A DNA stretch of 39,280 bases from Microthyrium microscopicum (lineage: Eukaryota). The position numbers and the translations under genes are program-made. The stretch lies in assembly GCA_010405405.1 (NCBI GenBank), contig MU004241.1, positions 1,399,942 through 1,439,221 on the forward strand, given 5' to 3'. Numbering within the stretch: the first letter of the stretch is position 1; every line of letters begins with the position of its first letter. The notes beneath the pieces are model-generated. The model did not search any database, was not told where the DNA came from, and was given only the letters and a program-made list of their open reading frames with translations. Below are positions 12,602 through 26,203 of the stretch, piece after piece.

Positions 12602-13206
12602 NNNNNNNNNNNNNNNNNNNNNNNNNNNNNNNNNNNNNNNNNNNNNNNNNNNNNNNNNNNNNNNNNNNNNNNNNNNNNNNNNNNNNNNNNNNNNNNNNNN
12701 NNNNNNNNNNNNNNNNNNNNNNNNNNNNNNNNNNNNNNNNNNNNNNNNNNNNNNNNNNNNNNNNNNNNNNNNNNNNNNNNNNNNNNNNNNNNNNNNNNNN
12801 NNNNNNNNNNNNNNNNNNNNNNNNNNNNNNNNNNNNNNNNNNNNNNNNNNNNNNNNNNNNNNNNNNNNNNNNNNNNNNNNNNNNNNNNNNNNNNNNNNNN
12901 NNNNNNNNNNNNNNNNNNNNNNNNNNNNNNNNNNNNNNNNNNNNNNNNNNNNNNNNNNNNNNNNNNNNNNNNNNNNNNNNNNNNNNNNNNNNNNNNNNNN
13001 NNNNNNNNNNNNNNNNNNNNNNNNNNNNNNNNNNNNNNNNNNNNNNNNNNNNNNNNNNNNNNNNNNNNNNNNNNNNNNNNNNNNNNNNNNNNNNNNNNNN
13101 NNNNNNNNNNNNNNNNNNNNNNNNNNNNNNNNNNNNNNNNNNNNNNNNNNNNNNNNNNNNNNNNNNNNNNNNNNNNNNNNNNNNNNNNNNNNNNNNNNNN
13201 NNNNNN
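12602..13206. other. Assembly gap (N run), predicted to contain ~160 bp of LINE RT plus the 5' LTR of gypsy B
   Basis: The LINE stops at the equivalent of ~2759 before the gap and resumes at the equivalent of 2919 after the 3' LTR of B. Confidence 0.9.
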
Positions 13207-13689
13207 ACTATATAGAAATTTTACTAAAATACTCCTAATAGTAATAATAATAAACTATTTACTTAGACCTAATATAGTTACTAAAATATTCTTTTATTAT
13301 AATAACTATTTATATTATTTTATTATTTCTTTCTTATATATATATTTATTTTTTCTAATATTTTAGAATAACTTAAGAGTAGTATAGCTAATACTTCTTA
13401 TAATTAGCTAAAAGGCAAAACTACTAAACTCTATATTATTAAGCTATATACTATAAACTAAACCTAGATAGAATAAATTACTCTTTAAAAATAATACTTT
13501 TATTACTTTATAATATATATTACTATTACTCTAGTAGCAAAGAACTATATTATATTAACTTACCTTATATATAACTAAATCTTATTCTAAGCTTAAGAAA
13601 CCTATAACTCTAATAGAAAAGTAGACTTTATTTTTATTAACTTTATAATTATCTAAATTTTATAGAGTAAAGTATAGTTTAAAATTATT

Positions 13690-15153
13690 AAAGATAGAAT
13701 AAAGTTTATATAAAGTATTAGCTTTTACTTTAATACTTAGTTTAAGTAATTCTAAAACTATATTAAGTTTATCTAAGTAGCTACTATTATATTTAATAAG
13801 ACTTATAAAGATTTATTAGAGCTAGCTACTAAGTACTAATATAATAATAAAGATATTAATAATATAACTACTCTACTAAATATTACTAAAGCTAAAGTTA
13901 CTAAATAAGCTATTAAAATTAAGTCTTTAGTTAACTTAGCTACTATTACTATAAACTAATTAAATAAGTTAAATAACTACTATCTATACTTTAAAGCTAA
14001 AATTATAACTCTTTATTATAATACTACTAAATTAGTATAAACTACTATACGCTTCTAAGAATTATAAACTAAGAAGTAAACTAAAATTACTTAATTCTAA
14101 GCTAAAGTTTAAGACTTAAAAAAGTAACTAAGTAACTTTACTTATAATAGTAAAGAATAAATATATTAAATAGATTTTAATAAAGAAGTACTTATAGTAT
14201 CTCTTTATACTTATTAAATATAAAACTTATAAGTTACTATTAGCTTTATACTTACTATTTTTAAAGGATTTACTAGCTCTAAAAACTTATTTAGATATAA
14301 ATAAGCTAACTCTAGTAAGTATAATAAAAAGAAATATAATCTTTACTTACTTTAGTAACTAAAAGTAAAAAATTACTTATATTATAAAGTATACTTATTT
14401 TCTTCTAAACTAGTATAAGTTATATAAGTTTATAATAAATATAATAGCTTTATTCTAAGCTTTATTATAAATTATACTTAATATAATACTAAAATTTTTT
14501 ATACTTCTATAACTAAATTCTAGAATAATCTTAATTACTACTTTAAAGAAACTAATAAATATAAAAGAGCTCTCCTTTAGCTATAGAACCTATTTAGTAA
14601 AATAAAGAAAATTAATAACTTAAATATATAGCTAGTTAAGTTTATTAGTAAAACTAATAGTATAAATCTCTTTAATAATAATAAGCTTATATATCTTTAT
14701 AATATAGTTACTAAAGAATTAATAAGCTACTTATATATAAGTAAAGTAACTAATACTACTAACTATATAGTAGAACTCTACTAAGTTAACTAACTAGCTA
14801 ATTAAAAAAAGCTTAGTAATAATAACTAAGATAATTATACTAATAGTTATACTACTAATAAGAACCTTAATAAGAACTAGAAAGATAACTAGAAGCTAAT
14901 TCTTTACTAAGATAAGAACTTATTTAACTATCTAAAAAAAAAAGAACGCTATCTTTACTATAGTAAAAAAGGCTATAATCCTTATAATAAGAAAGCTTCT
15001 TATAAAGATAAGAAAGCTCTCTATAAGACTATACTCTATACTAAGTTTATAAGTATTAAAACTTAGTTAAATATATAATATTACTAACCTTCTACTAAAA
15101 TTAAGTAGCTTTAAACTCTTTATAGTAATAAATACTACTAAAGAAATAAGTAG
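13690..15153 (+). pseudogene. gypsy B gag relic (true start probably further upstream)
   Basis: Frame homologous to the gag of C. Knuckle relic YLYYSKKGYNPYNKKASY at 14950-15003. Ends taa aga aat aag TAG (15151-15153). Confidence 0.75.
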
Positions 15154-18100
15154 CTCCTTAGTAAGAACGTATAAAGAAGCTAAATAATAAAAAAGTATAA
15201 AATAAACGTAGAAAATATTAAATAGAAGTAGTCTAGGCCTACTTAAGTAAGTTTAAAAGTAAGAAAGAACCTTATTATAATATATTAGTTATCTACGTCT
15301 TTATAGCTTATCTACTACTTAATTAATAACTAAAATATAATATACTTAAAATAAGTTAATAATAGAGTATTATAAGTTACGTCTTAATATCTAATAGTAT
15401 ATATACTAAAGCTAAAGTCCTTATTAATACTAGTAGTAAAGCTTTTAGTATTATTAACTTTTAATATTTTAAACTCTATAGTATTAAATCTATTAAAATA
15501 TTACACTTTTATTAAATAAAAATAGTAGATAGCTACGTAGTTACTACTATAACTTATATAGTATTTATAACTCTTTATATTAGTATCTACCTTAAATAAG
15601 CTTTATACTTTATTATAAAAATTACTAATTATAATATTATTTTTAGAAACTTATAAGTTAATAAATATAAAGTTATACTTTAAGGAAGCTAATATATACT
15701 AAGCTTCTACTGTAAGTATTACTTCTAAAGCTATATTACTTTATATTATTTTATTATAATAAATTATAGAAGTTATATTATTATAAATAAAAAAAATAAA
15801 GATACTCTAAATATTTATATTATTTCTTCTTACGTATTTATAGTACTAATTTATTATAAGAATAACTACTTTTTAGTACTCTATAAAGAAGACTTTAATA
15901 TACTTAAAGAAAATAAAGACTCTAATCCTATTCCTTAATAAAATATTACTAAAATTACTATAATATTAATAAAAAATTATATAAAATAGTATAAGAAACT
16001 TAAATAAGACTTATTAATATAGGAAGAATTACTTAGTATAATTCCTAAGGAATTTTACTAATATATTTATTTTTTTAACTTTAGTTAATCTAATAAGCTA
16101 CTACTTTATTATTCTAGATTTAATTATTTAATTTTAATAAATCTAAATATAAAAGTACTTATATAAAAGTTATATAGTATGTTTTACTAATAAATATAAG
16201 TTATTAAGGAATATATTAAAAATATACTTAGTAAAGGCTTTATTTATAAAAGTACTTTTTAATATACTATTCTAGTTCTTTACGTAAATAAGCTAAAAAG
16301 AGGTATCTAAGTCTATATTAATTATTACGAATTAAATAAAATTATGCTAAAGAATTAGAATATACTACTACTACTTATAGAAACTCTTACTAAGATTTAT
16401 AAAGCTAAGTTCTTTTCTAAATTTAACGTTATTACTATATTTAATAATATTTATATTTATAAAGATAATAAATATAAAATTACCTTTTTAATTTATTATA
16501 GTCTATTTAAATCCCTTATTATACTATTTAAGATAATAGGTTTACTTAGAATATTCTAAGCCTTTATTAATAGTACTATTTATAAGTTCCTTAATAACTT
16601 TATTACTATTTATTTTAATAATATTCTTATTTAGAGTAAAATAAAAGAAGAGTATATTACTTATATCTACTTAATTCTTAATAAGCTTAAGGCTATAAAA
16701 CTTTACCTTAATATTACTAAGTCTAAATTTATAACTAAAAGTATTAAATATCTTAGTATTATTATTACCTTAGAGAGTATCTTTATAAATAAGAAGAAAA
16801 TAAAAGCTATTCTTAAATAGTAATACTCTTCCTTACTAAAAGACGTCTAAATGTTTCTTAGCTTTACTAATTTCTATTACTACTTTATTAAAGGCTACTT
16901 AAAGATTATAGTACTTTTAATAGTACTTACTAAAAAAGATATTTCCTATTAATATTCTTAGAATATTAATAGTTCTAAGTAAGCTATCTTTAAAGTCTTA
17001 AAAAAAGTATTTATATTAGTAAATATCTTCTACTACTTTAATTTAAATAGAGAGACTTAGCTTAAGATAGATGCCTCTAACTAAGTTACTATAGTAGTAC
17101 TATTCTAAAAAGATAACAAAAGAATTCTTTACCTTATTATTTTTCTATTTAAAAAGATAATACTTATAGAATATAATTATAATATTTATAATAAAGAACT
17201 CTTAACTATTATTTATACTTTTAAAGAATAGAAACTAAAACTATTCTTTATTAATAACTTAGTTTAAGTCTTTATTAATTATCTTAACTTACGTATATTT
17301 ATATTAACTAAGAGGTTATCTTACTATTAGGCTTATTAAGCTANNNNNNNNNNNNNNNNNNNNNNNNNNNNNNNNNNNNNNNNNNNNNNNNNNNNNNNNN
17401 NNNNNNNNNNNNNNNNNNNNNNNNNNNNNNNNNNNNNNNNNNNNNNNNNNNNNNNNNNNNNNNNNNNNNNNNNNNNNNNNNNNNNNNNNNNNNNNNNNNN
17501 NNNNNNNNNNNNNNNNNNNNNNNNNNNNNNNNNNNNNNNNNNNNNNNNNNNNNNNNNNNNNNNNNNNNNNNNNNNNNNNNNNNNNNNNNNNNNNNNNNNN
17601 NNNNNNNNNNNNNNNNNNNNNNNNNNNNNNNNNNNNNNNNNNNNNNNNNNNNNNNNNNNNNNNNNNNNNNNNNNNNNNNNNNNNNNNNNNNNNNNNNNNN
17701 NNNNNNNNNNNNNNNNNNNNNNNNNNNNNNNNNNNNNNNNNNNNNNNNNNNNNNNNNNNNNNNNNNNNNNNNNNNNNNNNNNNNNNNNNNNTATAAAGTA
17801 GTATAAATATATTTTCTTTAAGCTTATAAGATAAAATAAATAAAGTTTACTCTAATTCTTTTCTCTACTAGACTATATATAGATAGATATTTTAATTAAC
17901 TTTATTATTACTTTACTACTATACGTCTATATAGGTATTATTTATTAATATACTATAATTATAGTTAATAAACTTACTTATATATACTAGTTTATTTTTC
18001 TACCTAATCTTAGTATCTAGATAATAGTTCTAGTATTTCTTAACTAAATTTAGAAGTATATAAGCTAGCTAGACTTAATCTTATTTAATTATAAATATTA

Positions 18101-19050
18101 ATTTATTTTAGCCTTTTAGTACTATTTTTATAAATAAGTAAACATTATTATTTATTTTACTATAGCTTAGTACTTATAGTTTAATAGAATAACTAAGATT
18201 ATAGTATAGGTATTAAAAGCTTATCTATACTATTTTCTTAATTATTAATAAAATAATTAAGTAGAACTCTTACTTTTTACTAAATTTAAAGCTAATTATA
18301 CTATTTATATTACTATTATAATAAGCTTATTTAAAGCGCTTAATAGCTTACTACTACGTTCTAGCTTAGAACTATTAGCTCCTAGTAAAATCTTCTCTAA
18401 AACTAAGTTATTTTAAGATAACTAATACTTTACTAATATATTTTAGAAAAGTAAATAAAACTTATATAACTATCTCTATAAGTAGATTACTTAATTATAA
18501 GTATTAATAAATAAATAGGTTAATTATTACTATTACTTTATTCTAGACCTTAAGCTTAATAATTAGGTCTACCTTAATATATATTACTATAAAACCTTTT
18601 ATTTATTAAAGTTACTTAATAATAAGTCTACTAAACTATTTAAGATTTTAAAAAAGATTAATATACTTACCTATAAGCTTAATCTACTTAATAAAATAAA
18701 AATATACTCTATATTTTATACTTAGCTATTATATTTTATACCTAAAGGTACTATTATTCTTTAAGAACTTAATAACTCTCTTACTATTACTAATTTTAAA
18801 GGAAATAATAAAGAGTAAAAATAAACTATTAATTACGTTATAAATAGCTAATAATATAACTAGTATAGTAAAGATATTAAAAAAATACTATAATATAAAG
18901 TTAAATTTACTAAATAGAATAACTAAAATTATAATTTAGATTAGTAACTATAGATAGACTTAGAATTATACCTAGAGCTTATTACTAAATATTATAACTA
19001 GAACTCCTTAAAACTAGGTCTTTATAAGTTATTTATTAACTTATAAAAAA
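15141..19050 (+). pseudogene. gypsy B pol relic: protease, RT, RNase H, integrase, chromodomain (spans a gap; end approximate)
   Basis: VLINTSS (~ALIDTGS) ~15417; YFNNILI (~YLDDILI) 16611; IDASN*V (~TDASDWV) ~17067; NYNIYNKELL (~NYDIYDKELL) ~17175; ILINFIITLL (~ISIDFIVALP) ~17889; IYSIFYT*LL (~IHPVFHAWLL) ~18702; L*YKVKFTK*...KLG chromodomain ~18888-19020. Confidence 0.92.
17344..17791. other. Assembly gap (N run) within gypsy B pol
   Basis: N run between the end of RNase H and the integrase zinc-finger region. Confidence 0.98.
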
Positions 19051-19359
19051 AGAATAATAATAACTATAACTTTAATAATATTCTTTTTAATTAGTAAGAA
19101 TATATTTTTATTACTATAATAGTATCTTAATACTTCTATAAACTAGAGTATTTTAAGAATATTTTATAGTTTATTAATGCTACTTAATAATTACCTTAGT
19201 AGGCTAGAGAATAGTAAAAAAATAAATATCTATAGTACTATATATTAAAGAATATTAAACTCTTTACTTTTACTTTATTATTATTTATAATACGTTTTAT
19301 ACCTATTTACTTTAATAGCGTTATTTTATATATTAAATTAGCTTAGAAGTACTAATTTT

Positions 19360-19370
19360 AAAGAAGAAAA
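19360..19370 (+). promoter_or_regulatory. Polypurine tract of gypsy B
   Basis: aaagaagaaaa ends 3 nt before the LTR start; C has the same arrangement at 33415-33425. Confidence 0.8.
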
Positions 19371-19373
19371 TAT

Positions 19374-19575
19374 TATTATAAATCCTCTTTATTAAAATCT
19401 TTTTTAAAGATTTCTAGTATTCTATTACGTAATACTAAGGGCGTAGCGTTTAAGGTTTAGCTAGTATAGAGCTTATCTCTTACTAGCCCTTATTGCTTTT
19501 CTAGATTCTTTATCTTAGTTTTCTTAAATTATATCTATATCTACATTATACCTTTATATCTATAGCTTTCTAATA
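19374..19575 (+). repeat. 3' LTR of gypsy B (202 bp)
   Basis: tattataaatc...ttctaata; similar in length and motifs to the LTR of C (attacgtaat, ctaagg, tagattcttt, ttagttttcttaaattatatcta). The right boundary is fixed by resumption of LINE homology. Confidence 0.88.
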
Positions 19576-22026
19576 ATTTCTAAAATATAAAAAAGTTTTC
19601 TTAAATTAATATTATTATATATTTCTTAAAGATTAAAGCTAAGTACTAATACTATAGCTTTTATATTTCTCTTCTATATTACTTTAATAATACTTTTTAG
19701 AAACTATACTATTATTAATATAAATTACTCTACTTTAGCTTTTATTTAGTTTTAAAGTAATAAGTTATTATTCTTTATAAGTTAAGTAAGTTTATTAATA
19801 ATAATTTTTTTAACTAACTTTACTATTATATTTTTAAAAGTAATTAACTAGTAAGCTAATAATAGTAAGTAGTTTTTCTTACTTAGCTTTTTTAATACTA
19901 GTATATAAAATTACTTTAAGTATTTTAAAATTATACTATTTATTAGTATTTTACTAATTATAAATACTAGTTTTTTACTAAATTTTATTAATTTTAAATT
20001 ATTATTCTTTTTTTTTAGTTATATTTTAAGCCTAAGAGCTTTTAGAACTTTATTTAATATATTAATAAGTTTTATTATTTTATAATTTAGAAAGCTACTA
20101 ATTATATAATTTATTTCTTTTATTATTACTTTATAGTTTATTTCTAATTTTAGAAGTAGAATAATAGCTTTTATATTACTTAAGTTTACTACTTTAGTTT
20201 AAAAAAAAAATTTATAAATAGTATATTTATTTTACTTTAGTTATTATAAATATAGTTATTACTAATTATTTATCTAAATATTAGTAAATATAGGTTTTTT
20301 TTTAGTTTATTAGTTTTAGTTTTTATTTATTTACTTATTTTTTATAATTCTTAATTTTTATAGTACTTATAATTCTTTATAATTTTTTTTATAAAAGTTT
20401 ACTAAAATACTACTTTATTTTAGTATAAAGATTTTTTTAGCTAAGCTATAACTAATTTATATATATCTTTATTTTAATTATTTTTTATTTAAAGATATTT
20501 TTTTTTATATAGTACTTTCTTTATATTAGTAAAGTAGTTATAAATAATTATTTATATAAAGTTTAGTTTAAGAGTTTTATTTTTAAATAGTAAATTTCTA
20601 ATATTTTTATTATTACTTTATATAAAGCCTCTATTAATATATTCTTAATATTTTATAAGTTATTATTTATATATTAAATAAATTATTCTATATTTAGTTT
20701 TTATAAATTATATTATACTTTTACTATATACTTTTCTTATTTTAAAGTAAGCTAAATTAGTACTTAGATATAATCTTCTATTAATACTTAAGTATTAACT
20801 AAGTTATAGAACTTTAGTCTTTCTTAAGAAAATTAAAATATAAATATAAAATTAATTATTATTTTTACTACTTTTACTTTTTATTTTTTATATAACTTAT
20901 AAATTAGCTCTTTTTTTAATATATCTAAATAAAGTCTTTACTAAATTATATTATAAAGTAAAATCTTTACTTAAAGTTTAGTAGTTAATACTATACTTCT
21001 TTATTAATAGTAGTAATAATTAAAGTTTTCTATTAATAAAAATTTTTCTTTTACTTTATTAATTACTTAAATTAGTATTAAGTATTTAATAATATAGTTA
21101 TAGTTATTTATTATTAGACTTTTACTATATATATTAATAATTATTAGTATTATATACTTATACTTATACTAGAAATATAATATTAAAATAAATTAGTTAT
21201 AATATTTTATTTACTAGTTTCTTATATTAAGTACTTTATTTATTATAAAGTATACTTTTAATTAATTATTCTAGTTATATACTAAAGTATAGCTAAAAAA
21301 GTAATATATCTTTTTTAGCTTTATAATTTCTTTAGAGTCTTAGATTACTATAATTAGTTACTTAGTATTACTTAATATATAAAAAAATAGCTTTACTTTT
21401 TTTTTATTTAATCTTTTATAATTATATTATATAATATTAATATTTTTTATTTAAGTCTATTATTTAAATTTTATTTATTTTATTACTAAAGATTAATTTA
21501 GAATTATTTATAGCTTATTTTACTTTTTTATAGTTATTTTCTTATTATTTTTTTAAAGTACTATTATTTATAGTTTATAAGCTATTATTATTTCTATTAT
21601 AGTTAAATATACTTATAATTAATTTTTAAGTACTTTAGACTAAGTTATTATATACTTTATATTTTATTTTTTATAATATTAATAATTTTCTAAAGTTCTT
21701 AGTTCTAACTTTTTTTTTATACTATTTACTATAGTATATTTATTATTATTTATAAACTAGATTAGTATAATTTAAATAAGTACTATAGCTTTTATTTATT
21801 TTATATATTTTTAATTTATTACTTAGAATCTTTTTATATTCTTAAAATAAGTTTAATATATTTTATATATATTTTTTTATTATATATAGTATTCTTAGCT
21901 TTACTTTTTCTCTTTTTTTTTTTTATTATTTTTATAGTTAAAGTACTAAACTAAGCTTATCTTAGTATAGTTTTTAGTATTATAATTACTTATATATTTA
22001 TTATAGTTTAGTTTATATTAAATATA
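19576..22026 (-). mobile_element. LINE copy 2, middle part (RT N-terminus, APE, ORF1 C-terminus)
   Basis: Colinear with 2919-5376; truncated at ~22026 where LINE copy 3 begins. Confidence 0.92.
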
Positions 22027-25000
22027 AATCTTATTTATTATCTTTTAGCTATACTAATAGACTATATAGATACTACTCTTACTTTTAGAAAAACTTCTAT
22101 AGAGAAACCTATAGTATTCCTTTAGTTACCTTCTAATAGCCTTATTCTATTATTATTATAATACTTTCTTAGTCTACTACTTCTAAATAGAAGAACTTAT
22201 ATTATCTTTCTATAAACTATAAGCCTATTAAAGGAATTCTAATTAGTAGGTTAATATAATAAGTAATTAGTAATTATTAACTACTAAAGGCTTTATATAG
22301 CTTAAGTATATTATATATTATATAAATCTTATACTACGCGCTAGAATGTTAATTCTTAATACTATCTTTATTATTAGTTTCTCTTTTAAGACTTATTTAT
22401 TACTTAATTACTTAAAGCTATAGCATTTTTTAGAATAAGTTAAATCTAGCTTCTTAGTACCTATTTCTATTTAATATTATTTTATTATTAAGTTTTGCTA
22501 TTATAGTTTAATAAGTTTTTATTAATTTTTCTCTTTCTAAAAACTTATAGCTATTATTCTTATATAATTAACTTTCTATATAGTTTTATAATAAGTATAT
22601 ATAATACGTATTTTTAAGTTTTTATAATTAATTTCTACTCTTAATAAACTTTAATATTATTATAGCTCTTAGCTATATTAAGTCCTCTTTTTAAATATTT
22701 ATTAAATAGAGTATCTATAATACTCCTTAGCTAAGTTTTCTTTATTAATCTATACTCTTTAATATTATATAATAAATTACTAAATAACTACTTTTAAGTT
22801 TCTAGTAGTTTATATAGTCTATTTTTAAAGTATAAAGTATTATAAATTTATATAATTTTAATTACTTCTTTTTTTCTAAATTTTTATTATACTTCTTATT
22901 CTTCTTAAATTCTCTTTTAAGAGTAAGTCCTTTATAGGCTTTTCTTCCTTCTTTTCTTCTTACTTTTAAATATCTACTAAACATTTTATATCTATAAGTA
23001 CTCTCTTTCTATTATTTCTAAAGAAAGTAAAAACTACTTTATTTATAAATATTAAAAATACTACTTTATTCTTAAGCATAAAATTAGCTAGTTCTATCTT
23101 AGCTCTTATTATAAGTCTTTTAATATTCTTTTATATATAATATTAATTATTATAATATAAACTATATATACTTATAGTATAAGAATTTATCTATACTATT
23201 TCTAAGTATTATACTATTATATAAAGTTACTTAATAGTAAGTACTTAATTAGTTCTAGTATATTTACTATAGTAATTACTTATATTTATAGTTAAGCTAG
23301 CTCTAATTAGTATTCTTACTTTTATTATAAAAAGTAATATTTTAAGTATAAGACTATAAATATATCCTTATTCTTAATTTTTTATCTTTTCTAATATTAT
23401 AGTAAAATATTAGTAGAATTAAAAGAATAAAGTAAGTATCTCTAATATACCTTTAATAAAATAATAGCTAACTTAGTTAACCTTTATTAAAGTATTAAAA
23501 AGTATATATTATTAGATACTAATAAGAAAGCTACTAAGTAAGTAAAGATTATAAAGAATTTAATAAGTAAGTTTACTAACTATAAAGCTTAGTTTACTTC
23601 TACTATAGCTTTACTAATATAGTAAAAAAAGAAGAAGTTAAAGGTTAATATAGCTATACTAGCTACTAATTTAGCTTACTTATAAGCTATTTTATTAAAG
23701 CTTTATACTTAATATATAAAGATAAATTTATTAGTAGAAATATTCAAATTATTAAATAAAATAGTATTATTATTTAATAAAGAGTAGTAAATAGATATAG
23801 AATAAAATTAATTATATTCTTAAACTTAGCTATTTTCTTTATAATTATATATTACTAGCTTATTAGTACTATAGTATTATAATTAGTTATTTATAAAATT
23901 CTTATATCTTAGTAATTCTTTATATACCTTAAAGTCTATTTCTATAATTTTTTTAATTAGCTTAAATTACTAAAAAGCTTTACTCTTTAATAATTATTTA
24001 GCTACTACTTAAGTATTCTTTAGATTAAAGAATATATAAGTCTTATTTAATATTATTACTTATTCTAGTAATCTTTCTTTATAATATTATAAGTAGTTTA
24101 ATAGTATATAGTAAACTATTTATTACTAATAATTATATAAGTACTATAGTAGAAGTACTATTAGTATCTATACGCTATATAGCTAATTATTAAGTTTAAT
24201 AACTTCTAATTATATAAAGAAGAGTATTATTATTTATACTTTATTAAGACTATTATAAAGCTTAATTAGTTAGTTATTTTATAATATTCTCTACGCTATA
24301 GTAATATATTATTATATTCTTATAAGCTTTACTTAAGTATCTATTTAGGGCTTATAGTAATATATTTTAATTAAGAATATTCCTAGTTCTAGTTTAGTTT
24401 TTATTTTCTTCTTCTTTTATACTATATTATCTATTAGTTATATTATTTACCTATAGTTAGTATTCTACTTTTTTTTATTTTTAATCTCTTTTTTTATTAC
24501 TTTAGTATATTAACTTCTTAAGCTATAATCTTAATTATATATATCTATACTAGTTTAAGTATTACTAAGTTTCTTAGTTATTACTACTAAGAAAATATCT
24601 TTTAATTCTTTAAGAGATTTACTTAATATACTTTAATAATAATTTTGCTTATCTTTTATATAACTATTAAGTCTTTATTCTTATTAGTATATTTCTCTAC
24701 TAAAATTATAATATTTATTTAGAGTAATTTAATTTTTATTTCTTTATTTAATAAAATAATAAGAGTTTTTTAGTATCTTTCTATTATTTTATAAAGTATA
24801 TTATTCTAAACTATTACTAGTAGTTTATAATAATTCTTTAGCGCCTTAAAAGATAGTAATTCTAAACTCTATACTTATACTTTATATATAAAGATTAGCT
24901 TAATAATTACTATATAAAAAAGCTTTATTTTTCTAAAGACTAGTTTCTATCTTAACTATACTATTTTTAAAAGTACTACTATTTATTTAAATCTTTTAAT

Positions 25001-26203
25001 TCTTATCTTTTTAATATAGTCTTTCTAGTTTATTCTTTTATCTACTTATATACCTAATACTCTAATACTTTTTAATATAAGCTTAGTAAATATACTATCT
25101 ACTATTACTATAGATTATAAGTCTACTTCTAAGTAGTAAATATTCTAAATAAAGTATATTACTTAATACTTATTAAAAATAAACTTTACTCTATATTTAT
25201 TTACCTAGTTAGTATATTTTTAGTAAATCTTTTCTAGTTTTATATAGTTTTTTTAGGTAGTATTACTTTATATAACTAATATAGTATTACTTATAAAGCT
25301 AAATCTAAAGACGTTATTACTTACATTCTAAAAGTATTTTAGTAGTTCTAATATAAAGAAGAAATAGAGAATAAATAAGAGAAGAGATCTCTAAGGAATT
25401 CTTATATTAGTTATTATTACTAGGCTTTAGTACTTAATAAATATAATTTAGATTATATAATTAGTAGTAAAGCTTACTACTATATTAATTAGCTACTAAG
25501 AGACTTCCTTTATTTCTAAGATATAGAGAAGTCTTTTTAAATTAATATTATTATATACCTTTTAAAAATTAAAGCTAAGTACTAACATTATAACTTTTAC
25601 GTTTTTTTTCTATACTATTTTAATAGTACTCTTTAAGAACTATATTATTATTAGTATTAATTACTCTACCTTAATTCTTATTTAGTTCTAGAATAATAAG
25701 TTATTATTCTTTATAATTTAAGTAAGTTTATTAGTAATAATCTTTTTAATTAATTTTACTATTATATTCTTAAAAGTAATTAGCTAATAAGCTATTAATA
25801 GTAAGTAGTCTTTTTTACTTAGTTTTTTAAGTACTAGTATATAAAATTACTTTAAATATTTTAGAATTATACTACTTATTAGTATTTTACTAATTATAAG
25901 TATTAGTCTTTTACTAAATTCTATTAGTTTTAAATTATTACTGTCCTTTTTTAATTATACTTTAAGCTTAAAAGCCTTTAGAACCTTATTTAGTATATTA
26001 ATAGATTTTATTACTTTATAATTTAGGAAGCTACTAATTATATAATCTATCTCTTTTATTATTATCTTATAGTCTATTTTTAGTTTTAGGAATAAAATAG
26101 TATTTTTTATATTATTAAAGTTTACTACTTCTATTTAAGGAAAGAACTTTATAAATAGTATATTTACTTTACTTTAGTTATTATAAGTATAGTTATTACT
26201 AGT
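22022..26203 (-). mobile_element. LINE copy 3 (complete 3' end through the RT region), inserted in ORF1 of copy 2 and interrupted by gypsy C
   Basis: 22022-22594 matches 9068-9641, and 22595-26203 matches 1-3610. Stops abruptly at the 5' LTR of C. Confidence 0.92.

Larger units (their letters stand above)
13207..19575 (+). mobile_element. Ty3/gypsy chromovirus, element B (5' LTR in gap), inserted in LINE copy 2
   Basis: gag then PR-RT-RH-INT-chromodomain order; PPT and 3' LTR present; LINE sequence resumes directly at 19576. Confidence 0.93.

Noticed and set aside
1..26203. Segmental duplication or misassembly as the explanation for the three long repeats
   Set aside because: The copies have independent RIP patterns, different insertions, different flanks and a shared element-defined 3' end.
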